Source: Candidatus Hodarchaeota archaeon (GTDB taxonomy: Archaea; Asgardarchaeota; Heimdallarchaeia; Hodarchaeales; Hodarchaeaceae). From it: DNA of 12,403 nt. Location of the stretch: positions 1-12,403 of the forward strand of contig JAHQWW010000113.1 in assembly GCA_029856365.1 (NCBI GenBank), in the 5' to 3' direction. Of the stretch, positions 1-7,347 are shown piece after piece. The position numbers and the translations under genes were made by a program. Below the pieces are notes generated by a model. It was given only the letters and a program-made list of their open reading frames with translations, searched no databases and had not been told where the DNA came from. Positions within the stretch are counted from its first letter, which is position 1, and each line of letters opens with the position of its first letter.

Positions 1-147
1 TATTTCATTTATGACTTCTCCAGAACCAGGAGCATGAAATTTGACTGTGTTCATTCGATCAATGATAGTATCTGGTTCGATATAAATCTGTTGACTTAAA
101 TATTCCTTGCATACTAGTTTTCTGGGCATTTCAGGAGGATCACTCAT
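1..147 (-). CDS. Hypothetical protein, N-terminal part only (runs off the left edge)
   Basis: Manual translation from the ATG at 147 stays open to position 1: MSDPPEMPRKLVCKEYLSQQIYIEPDTIIDRMNTVKFHAPGSGEVINEI. An in-frame TGA lies just upstream. It is co-directional with, and 41 bp downstream of, the 189..728 gene. Confidence 0.55.
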   Translation of the reverse strand, partial: MSDPPEMPRKLVCKEYLSQQIYIEPDTIIDRMNTVKFHAPGSGEVINEI

Positions 148-188
148 CGTCAGTCACTTTTATCCAATAAAATGACATAATTTGTAGA

Positions 189-728
189 TTAATCAAAAAA
201 CTCATCTAATCTGATTGTTTTCCTATATTGTTTGATTTTTTCTTCTACTACTGCAGCAGCAATTTCTTCTCGTTGTTTTAAGGATTTATGAGGAGTTGCT
301 TCACGTAGTTTCAGTAATTCTTCGTCATACCATCTAGAGATCTGTTTTTCTTCAGGATGAGGTTCTACATATTGTTTCTGTTTTTGGAGATACTTTTTAA
401 GGCGAGAAAGGACATATTTTTCAGTCAGCTCCTGACGAATCTTCAATGTCTCGTGAGGATGAGCTAATCTGATCTGATTGTCGGCCTCTTGCCACCATCT
501 AGCTAAAATCTTAGGACTTGGAGGCACTGACTGCTTCCACTTATGTTTTTTCAAGAATTCTTCCTTTTTTTTCAAGGAATCCTGTGGATATGCCTCCCTA
601 ATTTCTTTCTCTGCTTTAATCCACATTTGAGCAAATCTGTTAGGGTCCAGCTTAACACGATTTTTGTTCCGATTAGCCAACTTTTGTGTTGGATCCAACT
701 CCGACTTTTCTGTATTATTATTTGTCAT
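189..728 (-). CDS. Hypothetical basic helical protein with three internal ~30-aa repeats and a C-terminal PIP-box-like motif
   Basis: 179-aa K/E/R-rich ORF. Repeats at aa 28-58, 71-101 and 126-156 share (F/L/I)(A/S)(Q/R)(M/W)(W/Y)x6(I/L)RxAxPxx(S/T)LKx(K/R)xE. The protein ends RKTIRLDEFFD. Confidence 0.8.
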   Translation of the reverse strand: MTNNNTEKSELDPTQKLANRNKNRVKLDPNRFAQMWIKAEKEIREAYPQDSLKKKEEFLKKHKWKQSVPPSPKILARWWQEADNQIRLAHPHETLKIRQELTEKYVLSRLKKYLQKQKQYVEPHPEEKQISRWYDEELLKLREATPHKSLKQREEIAAAVVEEKIKQYRKTIRLDEFFD

Positions 729-778
729 GATTATCTCATCAGAATCAAACTGATGTTCATAAAACCTTGGATCTGATC

Positions 779-802
779 ATTCCTAAAAATCTTTTTAGGA
801 AT
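779..802. promoter_or_regulatory. Perfect 11-bp inverted repeat, candidate operator or hairpin
   Basis: ATTCCTAAAAA-TC-TTTTTAGGAAT, about 50 bp upstream of the ATG at 728. Confidence 0.45.
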
Positions 803-953
803 TCGATGATTTTTTTTATCATAATTTAGGGCTGGAAGACTAATCCTAATCAGCATTAGTACATCAATGCTTTAATGTAAAAACTTGGTTCATCATTCCA
901 TTAATAAAGGATACTTCGATAATTGGTAATGAATACAATATTTACATAATTGT

Positions 954-2120
954 TTAAGAAAATTCTTTGATAATCCACTCAAAACTATATTTGAAATCCC
1001 ACCTTTGCCAAAAATGAGCTAAAATTACAAAAAATAGACTGTACAGAGATGCTAGTGACATTAACACTGATTCAGAAGGGATAAGTGAAGGATCAAAGAC
1101 TCCAACAACAGGATGAATCAAATAAACAGTTAGAGAAATCTTACTGACAATGATTATAGGATAGAATAGTCTAATGGTGGATTTGCGAGGGATTTTTTGG
1201 TAGATATCAAGTAACAAAACTAGGATTACAAAAATAAAGCCAATAAGCCCAATTGAGATGAATACGTGAGAAAAAGATGACGTATATCCTATCCCGTGTG
1301 AGACAAATCTTTCTTCTAATGAATACAATAGCCCAATGACTAGGAAAATAAGGTTAACACTTAGTAATATAACCGATTTTTCAGTAACACGAATTTTATG
1401 GATGTTACTTAAATCGAGAAAGGAAGCAGTAATGCCGCCAGCTAACGGAAATGAAAGCCATGGGATCACACCACTCGTTGAAATATCAAGAAGAGCGTAT
1501 TCAATAATCCTTTTGATTTCAGATTGTACTGGAAAAGCCACTGGTTGTTTCATCATATAATCGTGGAATAAAAAGAAAAAGGCGATAATCAATGCGAAAT
1601 TTAATAGTAGAATGACAGTAAGACATTGCTGTGAACTCCAATAACCATTGATTTTCTCTTCAATCCAACATGCGAGTTCCCACATAAGAAGGAGGAAAAT
1701 TGTAGAAAAAGCAAAAAGATGAAATAGGTGCCAATTAAAAATATAATTGAATGATTTTTCTGGTTCTCCTCTAGAAAATGCCATTATTATCATTGTAATA
1801 ACTAAGAAAAAAAGAAAAATTATGCTTCGTTTTATTGCATGAGATCTAATCTTGTTCCGATTTAAGATATCTCCTCCTCGTTTCAGAAAAGAATTAACTT
1901 GATTGAACCCATAGAGGAAAAGAAAACATGGGAAAACCATCAGGCCCAGGATCATAATAATTGTTACGAGAAGTCCGCTTTCCTCATAATTAACAGCCAT
2001 TGAATTATCCCACCACCCAATAAAATGCCCAAAAATCATGGGGAAGACCGAGAATCCTTTCAATAGATCGACAGTTATGAAATAGAATCGATTCTGTTCA
2101 TTGTTTGCATTTTCATTCAA
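954..2120 (-). CDS. Polytopic membrane acyltransferase-like protein (DUF1624 / heparan-alpha-glucosaminide N-acetyltransferase-like, acyltransferase-3 superfamily)
   Basis: N-terminal RFYFITVDLLKGFSVFPMIFGH matches the family pattern R..lD.lRG....Mi..H. Also FLFLYG, an IPWL motif and C-terminal SKISLTVYLIH (family G..SL..Yl.H). About 10 hydrophobic segments; TTG start. Confidence 0.7.
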   Translation of the reverse strand: MNENANNEQNRFYFITVDLLKGFSVFPMIFGHFIGWWDNSMAVNYEESGLLVTIIMILGLMVFPCFLFLYGFNQVNSFLKRGGDILNRNKIRSHAIKRSIIFLFFLVITMIIMAFSRGEPEKSFNYIFNWHLFHLFAFSTIFLLLMWELACWIEEKINGYWSSQQCLTVILLLNFALIIAFFFLFHDYMMKQPVAFPVQSEIKRIIEYALLDISTSGVIPWLSFPLAGGITASFLDLSNIHKIRVTEKSVILLSVNLIFLVIGLLYSLEERFVSHGIGYTSSFSHVFISIGLIGFIFVILVLLLDIYQKIPRKSTIRLFYPIIIVSKISLTVYLIHPVVGVFDPSLIPSESVLMSLASLYSLFFVILAHFWQRWDFKYSFEWIIKEFS

Positions 2121-2660
2121 GTTTTCATCTATCCAATTAAGAAAATAGAATGCATTATGAGAGGCTAGAACTTATAATAAATAATCCCTATCTAAAATAT
2201 TAATTTGTAAAGGAAATTTGGAACTGGTTAGGTATTGTATCGAAAGATTCTATCGCTTTATATTTCGTCCAATAATCATGGTAAATATTATTTGATATAT
2301 TTTACGACAACCTATACTATCTTTTCAACCTAAAGGGAAATGTTTAAACGTTAGAGGAAAGAATGTCGTTCGGAGTGAAAATCCATGTGGGATCACGAAA
2401 TTTGTTTGCAACTCCTTTTTTACTAACCACTGGATACTAGACTCCAAAGTCGTACATTTAATTGGTTTTTTTTACTGGAAGAATCATTTTTATGAGTTTT
2501 TGAAAACATTTACTGAATTTTTGGTAGGTGACTTCAGGATGGATCGTAAAATTTGGTAAAAAGAACAAGAAAGAGAATGAGAAACAAAATGAACAGAATT
2601 GGACAAAACATACACTTTTCGAGTTAGTCCAAATATTACCAAATGTGAATTTCCGAAATC

Positions 2661-2666
2661 GGAGGA
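2661..2666 (+). promoter_or_regulatory. Ribosome-binding site of ileS
   Basis: GGAGGA 9 nt upstream of the GTG start at 2676. Confidence 0.55.
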
Positions 2667-2675
2667 AGAGACGCG

Positions 2676-5636
2676 GTGAATGATTCTCTCTTCACTCCTG
2701 TGACTGCGAAACTTGAATGGGCAGCAGTCGAAAAGACCACACTCAAATTTTGGGAAGACAAGAGGATTTTTCAAAAGTTGAAAACTAAGCTTCAAAGCTC
2801 TAACCTACAATTTAGCTTCATTGATGGCCCCATCACGGCAAATAACCCTATGGGAGTACACACAGCTCGCGGTCGTACCTTGAAAGATATTTTTCAACGT
2901 TATTGGGCCATGCGGGGTTATAATCAACGGTTTCAAAATGGATTTGACACACAAGGTCTCTGGGTCGAAGTTGAAGTCGAAAGAGCCCTTGGCTTAAATT
3001 CAAAACAAGATATTATGAAAATGGGTATAGAGGCTTTTATCAATCAATGTAAAGCTCGCATAAATAAATATTCAAAGATTATAACGCAACAATCAAAAAA
3101 ACTTGGTCAACAGATGGATTGGGACAACAGTTATTATACTCACACTGATCAGAATATTGAGCACATCTGGTTTTTCCTGAAGATCTGTCATGAAAAAAAT
3201 TGGCTCTATCGTTCTCGTCTTGTGATGCCATGGTGTCCACGCTGTAGTACCAGTCTTTCTGCTCATGAAATGGCGGACTCATATAGATTAGTGAATCATC
3301 CTTCGGTGTTCTTACAGCTCCCCGTCTTGGGAATTCCCAATCGTTATTTCTTGGTCTGGACAACAACTCCTTGGACGCTAACAGCAAATACTGCTTTAGC
3401 AGTACACCCAGACTTAACTTATGTGCTTGTTAAAAAGAATGATAAGGAATTTTATCTTGCAGAGGATTCGATTGAAGTTTTTGGCCCTGAATTTTCACTA
3501 TTAGACTCTATTAAAGGTTTTGATTTATTAGACTTGAATTACAAAGCTCCTTTCACAGACCTTCCACTCCAAAAAGGGATTAAGCATAAACTTATTCCTT
3601 GGAAAGAAGTATCTTCCGATGAGGGAACAGGTATAGTTCATATCGCCCCTGGGTGTGGTGCAGAAGATTTTGAATTAGGAGAACAATATGAACTAGATGT
3701 CATTGCTCCCATCAATGATAGGGGAGAACTAGTTGAAGGTTTGAGGCAACTAAGCGGGTTAAATACCCAAGAAGCAGCATCACCTATTTTTAAACGCCTT
3801 ACTGAGAAAGGATTTTTATTTAAGATAGAAACAGTTGAACATCGATATCCCGTCTGTTGGCGCTGTAAAACCGAGCTCGTTTTTAAAATAGAAACCGAGT
3901 GGTTCATATCATGTGATGAGATACGAACCCTACTTCAACAAGCCAATAATGATGTTCACTGGGTACCAACACATGCTGGAAAACGAATGCACGATTGGTT
4001 GGAAAATATGAGTGATTGGTGCATCTCTAGGAAGCGTTATTGGGGGCTGCCATTACCTTTCTATCTCTGCAGTTGCGGACAAGTGACAGTGGTTGGAAGT
4101 CTTCAGGAATTAAAAGAATTGGCAGAAGATCCGCATCAAGTAGAAGAATTAAGCGAATTACATCGTCCATGGATTGATAAAGTGAAAATCTCATGTCCAA
4201 GTTGTGGGAAATTAGTTGAACGTATTCCTGAAGTAGGTGATTGTTGGTTAGATGCTGGGATAGTCCCATTTTCTACTCTCAATTATCATAAAAATCGAAA
4301 AAAATGGGAAAAGTGGTTTCCCGCTGATATGGTCTGTGAAATGATAGAACAGGTTAGACTTTGGTTTTATTCACAACTCTTTATGTCGGTTGCATTAGAA
4401 GGACGTGCGCCCTTCAAGACAGTTGTAGTGTACGAGGAAGTTAGAGATGAAAATGGTGCACCTATGCACAAATCTTCTGGTAATGCAATTAGCTTTGATC
4501 ACGCTCTCTCAGAAATGGGCGCCGATATTATGAGATGGAATTATGCAACACAAAAATCAGACGCATTTCTACGTTTTGGATTCACCATTGCCAATGAAAT
4601 TCAACGTAAGTTTGTACCTTTCTGGAATGCGGTTAGATTCTTTATAAACTTCGCTGCTTTGGATGTTAATGAAGCTTCTCAATTATCTCAGCCTTCTACT
4701 AATGTGTTTGATCAATGGATTCTAGCTAGACTGAATAATTTAATTAATAATTATCATGAGAGCTTAACAAATTGGGACTGCAAAAAGCCCACTCTTCTAC
4801 TTGAAGAATTCTTTAATGATCTTACTAATTGGTATATCCGAAGTTCACGAAGGAGATTTTGGAAGGAAAAAGATCCGTCTGACGACAAAGATGCAGCTTA
4901 TTCAACATTATATCAAGTTTTGATAAATGCAAGCTATCTATTAGCTCCTTTCATGCCATTCTTATCTGAACACATCTTTCAACTTCTCCGACATCCATTT
5001 AATAAACGGTTACCAGAAAGTGTTCATCTGTGTTCACTTCCAAAGAAAAAAGATATTTCTTCCTCACACGAAAAAGTGTTAGAATCTTTTCAAAAATATC
5101 AGAATATTGTCGAACTAGGTCGATCACTGAGGAATAAAGCCCAAATCAAACTTCGCCAGCCGCTCTCATTGGCTATCATCGTAGGAGATCCACCATTCAT
5201 ATCTAGTAAGTACGCAACACAGTTGTTTGAATACCTTAGGCAAGAATTAAATGTTAAAGAGCTTAAATATGTCCAAGATTTAGCTAGGGAGGTAATAAAT
5301 CAAAAATATCTCTTTCAAGCATCTAAAGAGTATGATTTAGCTTTACTTCTCGTAACTGAGATGACTCCAATATTAAAACGGGAAGGTATGGCACGAGAGA
5401 TAGTTAGGGTAATACAACGTTTGAGGAAAGAAGCTAATCTTAACATAGACACGAGGATCAATATTAAATATGAAACTGATTCGTTAGAAATTCTTGAAAG
5501 TATAAAATCGTATAGAGAATATATGAAAGCGGAAACATTAGCCTGTGAAATATGTTTGGAATCTTTAGAAGATAAAGATTTCTTTTCAATCAATGGATTC
5601 GATTTGAATCTTACACTTGAAGTGGTGTTCAATTAG
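2676..5636 (+). CDS. ileS: Isoleucine--tRNA ligase, type 2 (IleRS2, GxHH-like subgroup)
   Basis: DGPITANNPMGVHT (HIGH-equivalent), GFDTQGLWVE, CP1 editing motifs WTTTPWTL and GTGIVHIAPGCGAEDF, DWCISRKRYWG, ELHRPWID, PMHKS (KMSKS-equivalent), NWYIRSSRRRFW and type-2 C-terminal EGMAREIVRVIQRLRKEA. Zn-knuckle-like CPRC, CWRC, CSC and CPSC motifs. Confidence 0.97.
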   Translation: MNDSLFTPVTAKLEWAAVEKTTLKFWEDKRIFQKLKTKLQSSNLQFSFIDGPITANNPMGVHTARGRTLKDIFQRYWAMRGYNQRFQNGFDTQGLWVEVEVERALGLNSKQDIMKMGIEAFINQCKARINKYSKIITQQSKKLGQQMDWDNSYYTHTDQNIEHIWFFLKICHEKNWLYRSRLVMPWCPRCSTSLSAHEMADSYRLVNHPSVFLQLPVLGIPNRYFLVWTTTPWTLTANTALAVHPDLTYVLVKKNDKEFYLAEDSIEVFGPEFSLLDSIKGFDLLDLNYKAPFTDLPLQKGIKHKLIPWKEVSSDEGTGIVHIAPGCGAEDFELGEQYELDVIAPINDRGELVEGLRQLSGLNTQEAASPIFKRLTEKGFLFKIETVEHRYPVCWRCKTELVFKIETEWFISCDEIRTLLQQANNDVHWVPTHAGKRMHDWLENMSDWCISRKRYWGLPLPFYLCSCGQVTVVGSLQELKELAEDPHQVEELSELHRPWIDKVKISCPSCGKLVERIPEVGDCWLDAGIVPFSTLNYHKNRKKWEKWFPADMVCEMIEQVRLWFYSQLFMSVALEGRAPFKTVVVYEEVRDENGAPMHKSSGNAISFDHALSEMGADIMRWNYATQKSDAFLRFGFTIANEIQRKFVPFWNAVRFFINFAALDVNEASQLSQPSTNVFDQWILARLNNLINNYHESLTNWDCKKPTLLLEEFFNDLTNWYIRSSRRRFWKEKDPSDDKDAAYSTLYQVLINASYLLAPFMPFLSEHIFQLLRHPFNKRLPESVHLCSLPKKKDISSSHEKVLESFQKYQNIVELGRSLRNKAQIKLRQPLSLAIIVGDPPFISSKYATQLFEYLRQELNVKELKYVQDLAREVINQKYLFQASKEYDLALLLVTEMTPILKREGMAREIVRVIQRLRKEANLNIDTRINIKYETDSLEILESIKSYREYMKAETLACEICLESLEDKDFFSINGFDLNLTLEVVFN

Positions 5637-5791
5637 AATTCATTATTAATTCAGTTCAATCTATTATTCTCCTTTCTGATTATCTCCCACTTTGTTTTTA
5701 GATGCAAGATTTTCGAAAACATACGAAATAATTAGCTTGGTGAGTAATTCTTAAACTAATACATTAACCTCAAAGAATAGCTAATTCAAAA

Positions 5792-5799
5792 TATATAAA
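5792..5799 (+). promoter_or_regulatory. Candidate archaeal TATA box
   Basis: TATATAAA preceded by A-rich CAAAA, about 90 bp upstream of the 5884/5893 start. The AT-rich context limits specificity. Confidence 0.3.
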
Positions 5800-5883
5800 A
5801 ACAAAGTAAAATGAGAAATCTTATCTATTAATCCTTGTCTCAAGAAAAATCTTTTTCTCCTATACTCATTATTTCAATGAAAG

Positions 5884-7263
5884 TTGAGTAGAATGACACC
5901 AGAGATTGAAAATCTATGCCGGAAACATGGCGCTATACTTGTCACCGATGACCCTGACTTTCTAAACTGTTGCGGCCGATGTGAGGTTGCTGCTTCTCTA
6001 GGTTCAGTGAATCTTTGTCCGCAACGGGTTCATACGTCAAATAGTTGCTGCCCCTCATGTAACATCTTCTTGGAACATGGATCAGAAGCAATGTTGGCTC
6101 ATTGGAAAGACCAAGCTCAATTCGTGGCTGGTTTTCAAATTGTAGTGCCACTCAGAATCACTGAAGAAGTTATTCGATCAGCATTCAGACTACAGAAGGT
6201 TCCAGTCAATCAGTTAGGAATTTTATACGAATGGAAGAACTCACGGACTTTAGATATTGTGTTTGAGAGGCATATCGACTGGGTAATGACAATCAAACAT
6301 ACCTATTGGCCTTTAGATCCAAACATTGAAGAGTCATTCTTACTGGATCCTCTCATTTATGGCCTTGCTGGTTTTCCTGCCCGTGCAGGAGCCTCTCTTT
6401 TTTCTCAGCTTCAATCATTATTTGAGGATCTTAAAACATGGTTGACAGAAAACTATCAGATTGATCCTCTGGAATTATTCGATACTGATCATCCTTCAAA
6501 GAATACGTACACGAATTTTCCCTCGTATTATGCCTCATACTACCTCCGCTTTGATAATGCTGACAATCTAACCATTAATATCATGGCTCCAGATTATAAG
6601 AAATCAGAAGAACCTGAGGTGTGTTTAGTGCATATGGGAGATGATCAGATTCCAGTTGTTTTATTTCAAAAGATTAATGAAGCTCTAGTTATGCAAAAGG
6701 GATTAGTGAATGCTTGGCTTACGATTGAACCTGCATTGCAAAAAATGCTGGAAGAATTGTCTGATATCACAGCAGAGATGCGTACTATTACAAGCTCAAC
6801 CGTTACTCAATTAAGTGAATTCTTGGATCGCACACAGGATATCCAAGCCCAGTTTCTCAAGCTTAAACCTGCTATTTCTAAAATGCAGGGACATCTAAGC
6901 CCAATTGTCCCTTTGTTGTCAGAACCATTGATTCAGAGATTATTTCCAAATTTCAATCTCAATCTCATGAATTCATGGATAGACTTCGCGAAATCAGTTG
7001 AGCGGTCTGTCGAAGGAGCTACTTCTTATATACAGGGTAAGATGAATCTATTATCTCTTGAACAGGAAAAACGGACTACAAAAAGGCTTAACTTTTTAAC
7101 TGCGTTATTCGGATGCCTCTCTGGATTAAATCTTTTGGTTGCTCTGTTAGCATGGTCTCAACCAACACCTGATGAAGGAACATTCTTTGCAACTGTTGTT
7201 TTAATAATTGCGTTAATCGCTCTAACTCTTGTCTTTGTCGGTAGAGTTATATCCCGAGAGTAA
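5884..7263 (+). CDS. Hypothetical membrane protein: Cys-rich N-terminal domain plus CorA-like helical stalk and two C-terminal TM helices (no GMN motif)
   Basis: 459 aa, starting at TTG 5884 or ATG 5893. N-terminus has CRKH, CCGRC, C and CCPSC. Long amphipathic helices span roughly aa 260-400, followed by LSLEQEKRTTKRLNFLTALFG and two hydrophobic helices at the extreme C-terminus. Confidence 0.6.
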   Translation: MSRMTPEIENLCRKHGAILVTDDPDFLNCCGRCEVAASLGSVNLCPQRVHTSNSCCPSCNIFLEHGSEAMLAHWKDQAQFVAGFQIVVPLRITEEVIRSAFRLQKVPVNQLGILYEWKNSRTLDIVFERHIDWVMTIKHTYWPLDPNIEESFLLDPLIYGLAGFPARAGASLFSQLQSLFEDLKTWLTENYQIDPLELFDTDHPSKNTYTNFPSYYASYYLRFDNADNLTINIMAPDYKKSEEPEVCLVHMGDDQIPVVLFQKINEALVMQKGLVNAWLTIEPALQKMLEELSDITAEMRTITSSTVTQLSEFLDRTQDIQAQFLKLKPAISKMQGHLSPIVPLLSEPLIQRLFPNFNLNLMNSWIDFAKSVERSVEGATSYIQGKMNLLSLEQEKRTTKRLNFLTALFGCLSGLNLLVALLAWSQPTPDEGTFFATVVLIIALIALTLVFVGRVISRE

Positions 7264-7267
7264 ATAA

Positions 7268-7344
7268 TTTTAAAAAAGCTTTTTGTAGTTGAATCTAGTG
7301 TAATCAATATTATAAGCTAATATTTAGAAAAAAAAGAGGAGGGG
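7268..7344. terminator. Probable bidirectional terminator region between convergent genes
   Basis: Palindrome AAAAAGCTTTTT (7273-7284) gives T-tracts on both strands. A minus-strand pyrimidine run CCCCTCCTCTTTTTTTT immediately follows the RDD stop. Confidence 0.45.
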
Positions 7345-7347
7345 TAT

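Noticed and set aside
543-776. 77-aa plus-strand ORF
   Set aside because: Antisense shadow of the K/E-rich 189..728 gene. Its Phe-rich composition mirrors the AAA/GAA codons.
1336-1560. 74-aa plus-strand ORF
   Set aside because: Antisense and entirely within the acyltransferase-like gene, with no motifs.
2578-2592. In-frame TGA codons as selenocysteine or genetic-code reassignment
   Set aside because: The same frame contains a TAA. Trp in the genes checked is TGG, TGA terminates the 7839..8429 gene, and no SECIS is evident.
2121-2675. T-box riboswitch or tRNA upstream of ileS
   Set aside because: No T-box consensus (GGTGGNACCGCG-like), no antiterminator, and no cloverleaf or GTTCRA T-loop seen.
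2490-5632. Minus-strand ORFs 2490..2795, 3079..3387, 3638..3907, 4027..4269 and 5315..5632
   Set aside because: Antisense shadows overlapping the well-supported ileS.
5730-5786. 8-bp inverted repeat AATTAGCT/AGCTAATT as MITE ends
   Set aside because: Short and AT-rich, with no target-site duplication, second copy or transposase.
5884-7263. Assignment as bona fide corA or as a type III CRISPR CorA effector
   Set aside because: No GMN motif in register, and no cas10, NrN or SAM-lyase genes in the window.
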